From Camelus dromedarius (taxonomy: Eukaryota), in the NCBI RefSeq assembly GCF_036321535.1, contig NC_087437.1:66652001-66716000 (forward strand): a DNA stretch of 64,000 bases. Reading direction: 5' to 3'. Shown in pieces: positions 12,486 through 25,774 of this stretch (its first letter is position 1; each line of letters begins with the position of its first letter). Made by a program: the position numbers and the translations under genes. The notes beneath the pieces are model-generated. The model was not told the origin of the DNA, did not search any database, and worked only from the letters and a program-made list of their open reading frames with translations.

Positions 12486-15400
12486 GCATATAAAATGTGC
12501 TAGGCACTCCCTGCAGTTACAGAGGTAAGGCAAGAATCACACTAACAGAGGAGACTATACACTAAAAGGGTATAATGATATTAGGGCATGAGCACTAACA
12601 AAGGAGAATGGTCAAGGTACAAGGTCAGCAAATATGAGAGAGACATTATCAGCTTAGAGCATTCAGAGAAGGCATCCAGTGAAAATTATATCTGAAGAAT
12701 AATTAAGAAGACAAACTAAAATTTTCAGATGTCCAGAAATAACCCAAACAGAACACAGGAGAAGCAAAGATTTATTAAAAAAAAAAAAAAAGGTAAAAGC
12801 AAAGATGCAAGTTTAGGTTGACATTTCTTCCTCAATGATGCACAGTTGCTCCATCCCACTTCATTGCTGAGGCATGAATTATTTTCCAGTCAAGCCTGTT
12901 CACTGGGTTATGAATGTGGTCACGGTTTTAAACTTTCTCCTTTCCTGTTTTACTGAGTCTTTCTAAACTTATCTCTAAGATTGAGTACCAGATTTGCACA
13001 AGGGAAATCTAGTATCCTCCTGGAGGATTTTAAAGAAAGCTAGGAAAGAAGACTCAAAGATCAGCTTATCAAGGAAAACAGGCTGTCTGGCCCCTAGTCC
13101 CAAAGTACTTTTTAAAAGTAGAATACACATGTACATAAGAGCAAACTTTAAATCAAAAAAGGTCAACATCAGAAGGGATACTTGCACAACCTGTCACTTT
13201 ATAGTGAGGAAACAGGCCCAGTGAATTGAAGAGAGTTCCTCAGGTGAAAGACTAAATACTGATTTCCATGAACACTCTGAACCTCTTGAGCTCGATTTTT
13301 AAAATATTTCATGCTCCTTCCAAAAGAGGCCTCCACTTGATGATAGTATAGAAGTAGTATTTAAAGAAAAATCTGACATGTGCTGTAATTCTAATAAGCA
13401 GGCAGTGATCAATATGGTAGAAAGTGGGGATGAAGACACTGTACAGGGAGATGCAAAAGAGATCAGTGGCTACAAATAGATGTTTAAGGAGCTGGCAGTG
13501 GCTTCTGTCCTTCTAAGCAGAACAGAAACAGACCTAGGGGAAGTCCATGTTCCTCCTTCCCCTCTTCCTTCATGCCTCCACAAGTGCTGTGCTTGCTTCT
13601 GTAAGTCGTGATTTCCCAGCCTTTGATCTGGATATCCACATAGATTTTGAAACCTTCTTTGGTACATTTTTTTCACTAAATGGCCTCCACTGCTCAGCTT
13701 CTCCCAGTCCTGCTGGGATTTCCCACAGGGAGGGAAGCTCGGCTGGCAGCCTAGTCCCCAGGCTCCCTTTCCTGGGTCTGCAATGGACCTTCAGTCCTGT
13801 GGAACTTCACTGCTCACAAGGTTGGCTCTCAGTAGGTGAGAATACAGCTTCCAGGGAATAGAAAGTGACCACTCCTGAAACCGAACACCTGGGGAGCCTT
13901 GCTTCAGTTTCTTTCTTCTCTCATACAGCCTCTGCTCCACAATCATTCCACTAGGGTCAGCCTAGTCTAGCCTACGTGGATCTGCTCTCATTTGTGTTTC
14001 TAGAAGAATCCATTAGACTGTGGGTAAAGAAAAAACCTAGTCAGGGGAAATTTGGTGCTCTCATCTTTTTAACCTCTCCTCCTCCCTCTGACGAGGTATC
14101 AGTTTCCTCACCCTTGCTCTACAGCATTCATTCCTAAAACCGCTCTTTGGAGAGAACTGAAGTTTAGGGTGGAGAATCTAAAAAGTGAAATTGAAACCAA
14201 GACTTCACAAAGGAAGCTGGTTTAGGCAGGTTTCCTAGTGGTGACAGCTGCTGGAGAGTCCCTCAACCTCCCCGTGTGGACACCAGAGAAATCAGTTCAG
14301 GATCAGAAGGGATTCAGAGTGAGGGTGCTGTCAAGGCTCTTCACCCCCATTAAATTCTGCTGCTCTTTATGGTGCCGGACATGTATAAATCAGGCTACAA
14401 ATGGCCATATTTCAAATAGCAGCTAAATGTATCTGTGCAAGGTGTACTTTAAATGTTGCCCTTTTTGGGAATAGTTGATGAGAGGTAAATCCCCTCTTTC
14501 TACTCAGGCTACGCAATCTCTCTTTAATTGTATGCATAGAATTAGACTACTCCCTTCCCCCCACCCCCTCCATTTTTTTGAAATCTGGAGACCATGACTT
14601 TTGTTAAAGATTGATTTTCCCCTATGTCACTTCGTCAATAAGAAACAAAGGGCACACAATGATTTCACTTCTGGGGAAAATATGCAAGAAGGAAGAAAGG
14701 AGTTGGGGGAAGGGGAGGAAGAAAAGAGGAGGGTGAAGGAAGATGGTTACTTCCCCTTGGGGTAGTTAAATCGCTTAGTGTGTTCTTACTGTTCAATCTC
14801 TAACGGGCTGTTCACTGGACTCTTGAGCTGTCATTTAGTCCAGCTTGATTTCATGACGGCTACACTGTCCCATTATAAAAGCACCAAAATCATCTCTGGC
14901 TTCTTCTACTGCCTTATGGTTGGCTCCTTACTATGTTTCTTAGGGAACAAGGAAAATGAAATAGAAAACTGAAAAAAAAAAAAAGTGACTTTGCCAGGAG
15001 CTCTGATGGACAGTGTGGGTAGGAGGCCAATGTCTGTGGTGACTCTGAATCCCCAGAATCCTAGAATCACAAACTGGCCAGGATTCCAGGGCAGTCCCCT
15101 ACCCTCAAGCAGAGAAGCCTCATCTCTCAGGGATACAAGGTTCTTCTCTTAAAGAATCAAGTAATAAGACCCTGCAACCTCCTTTGAAAGTTGCCCTTTC
15201 CAGTTTCATCAGAAAAAAAAATTCTTTAAACACAACCAAAATATCAAAAGTTCTTTAGCTTTAACTTAAGATTATTTTCTCTAGTTTGGTCATCCACAGA
15301 GGTGAAGGGCATTAACATCCATTAAAAGCTCAAGACAAATAAACAGAAATACCTCAAGGCAGTGAAGGATCATTTTTAAGAACCTTAAGACCACTTGACC

Positions 15401-17682
15401 AGTCTTAAAAACAAATCTCAGCTCTCCACTGATTGCTCTTTTCTCTGAATTACTCAGTTTAATATCCTTTTTATTATTGCCTGTTACTTTTTTCTGGATC
15501 CATTTCTACATTTAGTTTGAAACTGAATGGAATATTTCAATAAGGATTTGGACTCATGTTGAAAGATAACAAAGATAATTCCTGGCCCTGGTATGTCATA
15601 TTTCCGCTCATATCTCCCACTATTTTGTTGGCACTATCAGTATCCTACAGACTCAGATTTGCCTGGTTGCCCTGGTCTTTTTTTGTGATTGCTTGTTTCT
15701 TTTCTTAGGGTCTGTCCACCTTGTACTTATCTATCCCATTCTGCTCACTTTTGCATCCCCAAGGCTTGACACTGTTCGAGGCACACAGTAGGTACTTAAT
15801 AAATTTGGGGGAATTGGCTTGATGTGGCAAAGGAGTGGTATGGACCTTAGGAACTCAGAGAAGGGGATTAGAAGAGTCAAAGAGAGCGTCTCAAGGAAGT
15901 GATGTTTGGAATGCTCCTTTAAGGAAGGAAGATGTTTGGATGGGCAAAGAGAATGGGGAAAGGTGGTATAGGAAGTTATAGTGGAGTCAAGTTTTCAGGC
16001 AGAGAGTAAAGTGCCAAAAGCAGGAGGGAGAGAGACATTGGACAACAGGGAAAGAGCCCTCAGTTTAGACCAGAGTTAGCTCTGAATGTCCACTTCTCTT
16101 TTCATCTGAAGAATTCTGGTGATTTCCATCTCAGAGAACCAGAAAGAGTGTGACAGAGTTCAAAGAGGAAGAGGTGACCGCCCTCACACTGATGGCCTTT
16201 TCCACAGCTTTAGCAGACTGTGGCACCACTCAGGCGCACATGCTTTTAAAACCCAGGTCCCGCCACCCCATGCTGGGTGCACTCAACATAGATGAGTTTA
16301 AATGAAGTTGAGACAGAAGCCAGAGAGGTTCCACTGGGAGGCTGAAGGTCATTGCAACCACACTCCATGCCAGAAATTATGCTGTGATTGTCAGGTGGGT
16401 GCCCTGGGGAACTGACCTGAAACAAAGGTCAGAAAGCTTCTTAGGATTCCTCACTGCTGAGAATGCAGCCAGTTGTGTTAGAAAAACCCAAATCACAACT
16501 TCCTGAAAGTTTTTGTCAATGCAATAATGGGTTTGTTTCCTTGGCAACAGAGTCCACTGTGGGAAAAAGATTTTCCCAGCAATTAGGTTGTCCCAGCAGC
16601 ACCTTGGACCCTGAGTACTCATTATGAAAATAGTCTTTGGTAGGCCTGGGGTCCAGCGCAGCCCTGCCCTGAGGTACAGTTTCAGCTCAGCCTGGCTTTT
16701 CTCAGCATGAAGAGAGTGAGACAGCTCTAAGGCTGAGAAAGGAAACAATGAATCATCGAATCATCGTTGCTACAGAGATCACCTTGTTCAGGGGCAAAGC
16801 CAAGTGGGAAGCCTCCCCCATGTAGTTTCATCAGGTTCTACACTCCACTGGCCTACCCGGAGGGCCCTCTCCACACCCCAGGTCTGTAACTGTCTTTTAA
16901 TTTCACCTACGGTGTCTTGCACTGGCTAGCTTTCATTTTTATGAAGTTGAATCTGTATTTTTTTTGCAGCTTCCAGGTTTTGTGTCTTGCTCTCTCATTC
17001 TAGGGTTATAAACAATAGTGTCTCAGAAATTTACGATTTTAATCCCCCCTCAAATTTAAAAAGAATTCCTTTTGTTTTTATTAAAGCAAAACGATAGACA
17101 GATGAAAGCGTCAAGTTGGGCAGAAGAACTTAGACTGAGAAGCAGTGATCCCCTGCTCTATTCCTCACCAACCTTGGGCCCACTTTTCACTGGTTTACTC
17201 TTTTCCCTGTTTTTTTCCTTCTGGCAATACAAGTCATTGGGCTTCCTCTGCCCTGCCTCATCCATCCTCTCAACCGTCTCTCCTGTTTCTAAAAATTTAC
17301 TCTAGGAATTTTTGGTCCACTCATCACGCTCCTATTCTCAATGCAGTTGTGGACCTATCTTTAAATCAATCTTTTTTGTATTATTTCATCAAGGTCTCGG
17401 GAGGAAGAGGGATGAACACAATCTTAGAAGAGAAGCTTTCTGTATTTTACAGGCAGGAGGAGGGGGAGGGGAAAGTGCAGTAAATTATCTGACTCATGTC
17501 CCTTTTGGTCCAGTCTCTTGATGAGTTCACATCAAGGTACTGACTGCAAAGGCTGTTCATGTGTGCTTCTCCAAGGCGGTTAAGTTTTTAAGTGGGACTC
17601 TTAAAATTTGAGGGTATCTAATGATCTTCAAATTTTTTGCTCATTTTAAAGTTGGTATCTATAGTTTTGTGTTACTTTAAGC

Positions 17683-17795
17683 ACAGTTAGCCCTCTGCAT
17701 CTGCAACCCTACCACACCATTTTATATAAGAGCTTCTGGTATCTGTAGGGGATCTTGGAACCCATCCCACCTGAGGATACCAAGCAGTGACTATA
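17683..17795. mobile_element. Tigger/MER2-like DNA transposon remnant
   Basis: cagttagccctctgcatctg ... ggtatctgtaggggatcttggaacccatccc...ggatacc. Confidence 0.55.
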
Positions 17796-17970
17796 TCTGC
17801 AAAGGAAATAATTTCCAACACATTGTAATACTGTTGTTTAAAAAATAAAACCTTTACTTCATTCTCAAATGTACTGAGTAGAATCTAGATTGGGAAAATC
17901 AGTGAAAGAAATTTCTTCTAAGATCTGAATTAACGTTCAAGAAAATATAAAACAAGAACATACCTCTGAG

Positions 17971-17991
17971 ATATATATATATATATGTATA

Positions 17992-18036
<45 letters not shown>
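17971..18036. repeat. Interrupted (AT)n microsatellite
   Basis: Directly visible, 66 bp. Confidence 0.95.
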
Positions 18037-18038
<2 letters not shown>

Positions 18039-19479
18039 CTTTTGCTTGCACACATAATGTTCATCTATTAGGGGTAAGTGGAAGTTGTCACATCCTCCTT
18101 CATAATTTTTCAAAGTATTCAGCTGATACCCAGACACATAGGTAAATGAATTTTTTCTCCAATAGAGAAGATGAAAATGCAGTGGACTCCTGTCATAGAA
18201 AGTCTTTCCTGGAATGCTTTACAGAGCTTGAGTATTCTAAGAAGTCTAAGATGGACAGAGCAGTCACTCACTGAGCCCTGCCACAAACTTGTCACTGGAT
18301 GAAGTAGAGTCAACTGTTTTTGTATCTCTCACCCACACTCTCTTCACTCCTCATGACTGCCTTGGGGGAAATGGTGTCTTGGACAATAGACAGGAAGTAG
18401 AAGAAGTGGAGTTCATTAAATAAAGCTGCCATCCCCCCTTCCACCTCACTCTACAATACATTTATTTCTAATGCCACGTTTCTACCTTTACAAAAGTATG
18501 GACAAGACGGGAGGGACATAGGACCCTCTTTTGGGCTTATAATGATTTGAGGAGGCAACACTGATTAAAGAATCAGTATTTCAAATAGTCTCTTTATTTA
18601 GCACCTGAAGCTTTTTACTTTTTAGGACCTTGTACCATAGTAACATTCAAGTTGGGTAAGAGATAAGCCTTTCTTTTCAAATAGGGAGAAAGACAAGGTC
18701 TTTCTCACTGCAGGTAAGTTTTAGGAAAGTGTCCATAAAGAAACTGAAAAACCTGGAAATGGATTCTCTTAAAACCATCAGTTCCCATATACTCTTTGAA
18801 AACCTGCAGGTGCTCTTGGGGTACAAGGATTTCAGTGTAAAGACCTTACCTTAGGCCACATCAATGTGTCTTTTGGCAGGAAGTACAGGCACTGTGGGAC
18901 CCTCCTTGGAGTGTTACTTTAGAGGTGGAGCTATCAGATCCCATCATATAAGCTGCCGCTCACTTTGTGCATAGATTTGTCTCAAATGCAGCCAGTGATT
19001 TTCTGAGGCTGGGCCATTAGCTGAGCCTTGGAACAAATTCTGTCTAGTGAAGGCCTGTGTTTGCCCCATCACAAGACTGGTCAAAGCCTAAGCTCTGGCT
19101 TCTCTTTCTTTCTCTTTCTCTCTCTTTCTTTCCCTTCCTTCAGGATGATTTTCATGCCTCCTCACCCTATGAACACCCTGAGGCTGCAACTGTCATCCTT
19201 CTCTATCAGCTTTTTATTTAAAGGGATCTCAGTGCCTTAATACTGAAAAATTTAGGATGGATGGCAGCCCGAACTGTGATTTTTGTCAGGAAAGTTTGTT
19301 TCCTAAAAGTCTTAAGTTAGTATTTCAGACATTACTACACCATGTTCACAATGTTTACCACATTCATATACCATGTCTCCTATCATTTTATTTTTTTCCA
19401 TAAATCGACTCACCTTTCTGCTACTACACATTTATTTCAGACAGGAGTCTGTTGTATCTCTACCATACAAAGTGTCCTT

Positions 19480-19985
19480 CTTGCCTTAGCCTAGGTTCTC
19501 CAGAAAGCAAAGCTAGAAGCAAAGGCCTAGATTCTTGGGAATGTGAGTTCAGTGGTACAGGACAGGGATTTTGAAACAGGGAAGGAAGGACAGCCAATAC
19601 AAGGGTGCCTTACCACGCTGGCCTCTGCTATAGGCAACCAACTCCATCCCACCAGGACCTTCTGGAAAGCCTCATGAAATGTCTTTCACAACTCTCTACC
19701 TGGGCGACAAAAGGAGAGAGCAGATCTCCGTCAGCTTTCAGCCAATTTTGGTCAAGAGGAACTCCCTGGGTTTTAAGTCTCCTATATTTCCAAGTTGCAT
19801 ATGCTTGAGTGCAGAATTTCCAAGAGCATACCATGGCAAGTCAGCAGAGAAAGCCTCAGAGCTAGAAGCAGACTGTGAAAGGTGCAGGCACAGACAAGGT
19901 GCTATCAGGCTCCTCCGTGTGAAAGAGATCCACTTGACCAGTGTGGGTTGGCTGCTGACCAGTGGAATGCTCTAGAATTCTACAC
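19480..19985 (-). mobile_element. Degenerate ERVL LTR (LTR16/33-like) about 0.6 kb upstream of CD80 exon 1
   Basis: ttagcctaggttctccagaaagcaaagc.agaagcaaagg resembles an LTR16-type terminus in reverse. Boundaries approximate. Confidence 0.5.
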
Positions 19986-20576
19986 AGGGGAGTAGCAGGC
20001 TGGTTGGAAACTGGGGAAAAGGACTAAAATCTTCCTCACCTCACCCCTTGGCTCTGTCACTGTGTTCACCTGAGGGTTACTCCACTGGGGTTAGAGTGAC
20101 TGGGATATACTGTCCAACTTGGCTGCCAGGAGTCCACTCTGCAAATGGGGTGGTGGTGGAGGGCTGAGAGGGTAGGAAAGGGTGCCCTTGTGAGCCGAAC
20201 ACTCTCCCCAAAGTGTCCACTGCACATGAAATGGATGGCCCACTCCTGCAGTGGCATGGCTATGACTAGGGAGGGGTAATTCTGGTGCTAAAACAAAAAT
20301 TGAGACCAGCACAGAAACAGCCAGCCCATAAGGCTCATCATAGACTGTCTACCACTGAAGCTGATGGGCTAGCCCCGCCCACTATGGGGCACCTTTCCAC
20401 CCTCTCCCTCAGGCTGCCCAGTGCAGTTTCCTCTCCCCTTGAGACTGCTGCAGTGCTGGTGCTCAGTGAGGGAGGGCAGCTGTGTGGTTTGCTGTGCCAT
20501 CTGGAGGTAACTGACAACATAGGACAGCAGAGGGAGCTTCCTCAAATAGTACACGACGCTTTGCTCATCCCCCGGT

Positions 20577-20775
20577 TTAAGTATTTCTGAACATCAGAGT
20601 TCTCTATCAAGTAAAAGGAAGTTGGAAGGGGAAATGCCACCTCTGTGACATATCACCCAAAGAAAAACGGAGTGACTTGCCATTATTTTGGAGACAGCAA
20701 GAAAAGAACATCTCAGAAGTGGGGCCTCATTCTTTGATTTTTAACACAAGAAAAAGAGGAATTGTTCTTCGGCAA
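20577..20775 (+). other. CD80: CD80 non-coding exon 1 and proximal promoter (5' end approximate)
   Basis: Closely resembles the human CD80 mRNA 5' end as I recall it (gaagtt.gaaggggaaatg...cccaaagaaaaa...aacatctcagaagtgg). Ends at donor GCAA|GTAAGT. ETS/PU.1-like AAAAGGAAGT at 20613-20622 and kB-like GGGAAATGCC at 20629-20638. Confidence 0.8.
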
Positions 20776-22082
20776 GTAAGTACACTTACTATTATCTTAA
20801 TATGGTACAGCTTGGTAGAACTTGGTAGACCTAGAACCCAACGGCATTTTGAACAAACACAGCGTTCACTCTTACCTCCAAGACACAAACTCTCCCCCTC
20901 AAAGAGCCATCTGGGAGGTCTTATTCCCGGAGGAGGCGGAGGCGGCCCCAAACACGTGGAGGTTCATCATCAGAGTTATGGCCCGTTATTTTAAATTTCC
21001 TAGATGGTAGCAAATATTAATTTTGTAGGCTGAATTTGAGTTTTCCAAATAAATAAAATTTCTGGTGAATAAGTGAATCCAAGCTAATCCTGATTAAAAT
21101 GGAGTGTGGCTGATAAAACAATCCATTGTAGCTGGGAATCTAGCTCTGGGGTAGTTTCCAAAGAGGGTCCCAAACATCCTCTGGGTAGTGTTGGGCTATG
21201 TCTGTGGTGGCAATCTGAGAGCATCACACGGGAGCACAGCTTTCCCTTTTATTTCTTAAGTTTGATAAATTTACTAAAAAAAACCCAAAACAAACAAAAA
21301 TCCCCAGCTTTCTCACATTACGATACACAACGTAAATAAGTAATGTTTTCTGTATGTCTTTTCTCTTCCCTTTTCACTGACACTTTTCTGTTGATTGAGA
21401 TCCTCTACTGCTTTAAGACATATTTTTGTGTAGAAGCATGTGAGAATAGAGACACTTGTTTTTCTACGTTAATATACCAAGAAAAGTTATTTCATAACTT
21501 AAGTACTGCTTTGGACAAAATCCCCCGCCATGGCTTCCGCCCTGATGCTTTGTGCTTCTCGGTATGATGTGAAGAGGGTCTGAGCTTTCCTGGGTTGGCT
21601 CACTGATACCCAGGGCCCTTAGAGTTCTCTGCATTTCATCATCCCATCCAGCAATGGGAGAGCTGTGGTTGGTTCTCGGAACACGCACAGGCAGGATCAC
21701 TTCCACAGAGCTCCGCGAACTTTTGTTTTTCCCTCGAGACTGAACCATGATTAAGAAGTTGCTCAGATTAAGATCCCTGACTCATTTAGGGAAGTCAACT
21801 AAGAAGCTTTACAACCTCCGGTAGGCTGGCCTTCCTTCCTGGGTGACTTTTATTTTCTTCTTTTTCAGGTGGCGAATATAAATCCACCATCTTTTATATT
21901 CAGGAGTTTGGACACCCAGTACACCATCCAGCCTCTCCTCTTTTGCAAACATCACAAGAGAACCCTCTGTGTGGGGCAATTGAATTGTTTTCTGCTTCTG
22001 CTGGGTGTTAACTGTGAGGTGCTCAGTTCTCACTTGGCTTGAAATTATTTGCTTTGGTTTTCCATCCTCCTCAGCAGAAGCC

Positions 22083-22182
22083 ATGGGTCACACACTGAAG
22101 CGGGGAACTCCACCACCCAAGCGCCCATCCCTCATGCTTTTTCAGCTCTTGGTGCTGGCTGGTCTCTTTTACTTCTGTTCAG
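22083..22182 (+). CDS. CD80: CD80 (B7-1) exon 2 coding part, signal peptide; exon starts at 21869
   Basis: Strong Kozak GAAGCCATGG, translates MGHTLKRGTPPPKRPSLMLFQLLVLAGLFYFCS(G). Donor CAG|GTAAGC, acceptor tttttcag| at 21868. 100 nt. Confidence 0.96.
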
Positions 22183-23385
22183 GTAAGCGCCTTCCAGGAA
22201 CTTGACTGAGTCCACGGCTTCAGGGTTTAGAGAAAGGAGATGGTGTTCTCTGCACTGCCCCTTACTGTGGCCCTGTGAGAGGGAAGGGACCTTCAGGGCG
22301 TTTCAGTCCATTTTAGGGGTGAGGAAACAGAGAGGTTAAAGGACCCACCCTTGATCGCATAGCAAGCCAGCGGCCAAGTTAGCTCAAGAACCCAGACCTT
22401 AAAGGAAAGGTGGGGCAGCATGATTTTAACAAAACCATGAAGCTGATTCAGAAGGACAGCTTAGAGCTGCGTCTCTTCAACGAACACTAGATGTTCATTT
22501 ACATTTTGTGGCATGATAAGGGCAGTGGTTTCCGGCTTTGATTCCCAAACTGTATTTCTATGAGACAACACAGCTAGTCTTTGCTTCTAAAACTGAACAA
22601 CGATGATCTTCTTCCAATTTGAAGTGGGAAAAGAAAGCAGTCCTGAAGTACAACCTTCTTAATATTAAAATTTTCTCTTGATGTTGATTTTTATGCTTCA
22701 GGTGCTGATGCCCTTTGTCAACACTAACATCTGACATTAAGTGGTATCAGATTTAGCACAAATCATATTTTAAGTTATTTCTAACTTACTGCATAGGTGT
22801 TTCAAAAATATTTTGACCTCCAGAGACTCTTGTTCCAGCTCAGGTGCTGGACTTGGAGGGCTGTCGGGAAGGGAAGTGCTGATCCCGCTGACAGGGTGGC
22901 TCTGACTTTTTTAAGTCAGAACAAACAAAAGGTCTGCTTTTTGCTGAGCGGCATACCACCTGGTTTCTCCAAAACAAAGAGGAGGCCTCCAGCACGGTTT
23001 CCTGGTCTGCAAATATCAAAGGTCCTTGTCTTAAGCGCTGCTTGCTTAAAACAGGTCTGCACTGCACTGCAGCCATGTCCCAGAATAACTAAGGTGTTGG
23101 GGAGGGTGAAGGAGGGAAGGGAAGACTGCGATGCTGGTAGTTGTACATTTTCTGTCCTAAGCTGTAAAACTTGTCTTACACTGTTGCTGAACCAAGAGAA
23201 CCATGACTCAAGTTTCACAATTTATGCATCAAATTTTGTATATATTTGACAGTTATATTTCCAACAGTTAGTTTTCTTCTGGAAAGTTGGGGGCAGTTGG
23301 GGGCAGCACTCACAGTCTAGAGTCTTTTGGGGAGTCTAAATGAGTTTTTAAAAATTTAGAAGAAAATTTATAGGCTTCCTAGAAA

Positions 23386-23386
<1 letters not shown>

Positions 23387-23431
<45 letters not shown>
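23387..23431. repeat. Compound (TG)16/(AG)n microsatellite in CD80 intron 2
   Basis: Directly visible. Confidence 0.95.
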
Positions 23432-23777
23432 AATCATAAAAAAGAGAGAAAGTATAAAAAGAAAATTAAAACCAAGGCTTTAGCATTTATACCAAGACAA
23501 TTAGTCAGAGGCAAATGGAAAGAAACGAGCTTTGGGCTAAAGAAAGATATTTAGGAAAGCACCTTGTTCTAGATCTACATCTGGATTCTACTGTTGCTAT
23601 ATTAAGTCAACAAGGGAATCCATGAGTTTCTTTTGTCTGAAGACCTGCTATGTACCGAAGGGCCCCGGGAGGCAGGGGCCAGACTCCGTAGGGCTGGAAG
23701 TCCAGGGATATGAATGTTATTTGGAGGCACAGGGAGGCTACGGAAGGATTGTAAGCAGGGGAGTAACATGGTCTATA

Positions 23778-24265
23778 CCAGCGCTGCTCACACTTTAATT
23801 ATACATGCCAATTACCTGGGGGCCTTGTTAAAAAGCAGTTTCTAGCACAGGAGATTTTTTCAGAACAGTGAAAATACTGCATGGTGGATATATGTCATTA
23901 TGTATTTGTCAAGACCTACTGAATGTACAGAGCCAAGAATGATCCCTATGTAAACTATGGAATTTGAATTTGGGTGATTATGATGTGTCAGTGTAGGCTC
24001 ATCAACTGGCACAAATGTACCACTCCGGTGCAGGATGCTGATGGTGGAGGAGGCTGTGCGCATAGAGGGGAGTGGGTATATGGGTCCTCTCTGCTCTCTA
24101 CGTTCAGTTTACGGTCAACTTAAAACTGCTCTGAAAAAATAAAATCTGTATATATATTTTTAAATGCAGTTTCTGCTTAGGTGAGTCTGGGGAGGGGTCT
24201 GCGATTCTGTATTTCTAACAAGCACCCAGGTGTCTGACGCCTCTGGTCTACAGACCTTTAGTTTT
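23778..24265. mobile_element. MER5A-like hAT element interrupted by an L1MC-like 3' fragment (23844-24161, plus strand)
   Basis: MER5 halves (acctgggggccttgttaaaa.gcag and ggtgagtctggggaggggtctgcgattctgtatttctaacaagc) flank an L1 3'UTR. 13-bp duplication aaa(a/t)gcagtttct. Confidence 0.7.
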
Positions 24266-25774
24266 AGTAGTAAAGCTCTAAATGGCATTTTTTTAAACGG
24301 TGTTGCTGAAGCATAAAAATATGGCTTGTAGTGCAGCCAGAGTGATTGTACCAAAACCATTTAGTAGCTTACAAGTATTTGATGATAGCTTTGATGAAAA
24401 AAGTGGAGTTGGAGGGAGATGGTTGGGTTGGAGAGTGTGTATGATGCAGAACTGGTGAGGATTTGCCAGACTGGAGTGAAGGTGTGAACTGTGCATGGCC
24501 TGTGGGAGACAAGACTGGGTGCAGAGAGTGGAGACGACTGTGGAGGCCTTTGTTCCAGGACAGGGGATCTGCACACTACGCCCTCCTCTCCTGCCCTGTG
24601 TGGGGAAGCTGCACTTCCACCCGTCTCCACCCACTGCTGTCCAGGACCCTTTCCTGCAGAGGTGGGACCCGCTGGGTTGCTCTCCACTTCTAGTTTGGTC
24701 TGTGGAGGCCGAACACTGGGCTCATGTGCTCCAGAAGCTAATGGTTGTCAGGCCAAGGGTCCTAACATGGGCAGCTCTTCCTCAGAACCGGGGTCCTTTC
24801 AGGGTGACACAGCTCTAAGGAGAGGGGAGGGGGCTTTGGTAGGAGCAGGCCAGGGATGCAGAAAAGATGTTGGGCTGTGGGTCTATGGCAGGAGGAGCAC
24901 TGAGATGGAGGAAGAGTGCCCTCAGAGTGCCACCGTCCACAGGGCCTTGCTCCTGCTGTATGCTCTGTCGGAATGCTGCTGGCCAAGGTGTCCCCAAAGC
25001 CACGGTTCTTGCTGTGACTGCTGTGGTGTCAGCTGTTCAAGTCCCCAGGCACTTTAGAGATACACCATTTAGAGAGACACACAGAAGTGGGGATCAGATT
25101 TATAAACAGCATATAGGCTGGGTCTATAAAGGAGAGAAAGTTGGGAGCAATGTGAAAAAATCAGGAGATGAGTCTCAAATCTGCCAGCTGCTGGAGAGCT
25201 GACACCTCTTAGCTTCCTGGTGTGCCCAGCACCCAGCCCAGGGCCCACACTAGCCCTGAGGATGCCAGTTCATTTAATCAAAAGCAGTTAGAAGTGTCCA
25301 AAAAGGTCACTTCCATTGTGTTAAGGGTCACACAGACCATTAACAGTAAATCTCCAGGTAGTGGGATTATAGGTGACTTTTATGCTTTTTCTGTAGTTTT
25401 CATTCTTTCTAAATTTAATGTGTGTTTCTTTTAGAGTCAGGGAAAACCTTTAAACAGCACATCTAAGTCCTTAGGGAAATAATGTAATCATAGCACGCGG
25501 TGATACAAGCTGCTGTGCACATGTGATTCTCCCTACTTTCGGAGAACTGGTGGTGCAGGCCCACCGACCACTGTTGAGGTTCAACTCCATAGAATGGGCA
25601 CTGCAGCCAGGCCACTGTGTCCACACGGCCTTCCTCCAGTTTGGAGGGATTAGGGGAGACTCATAGCTTCCTAGATTGGGTTCTTTTTTCTTTTAAAGCT
25701 ATACATTAAATTTTCTTACTGTATCCCCCAGTTGTCCTGCATGGTTTTTGTTTTTTGGGTTTTTTTTTTAATGC

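Noticed and set aside
24293..25202. Cluster of overlapping 60-188 aa ORFs on both strands in CD80 intron 2
   Set aside because: GC-rich intronic sequence with no recognisable homology or exon structure.
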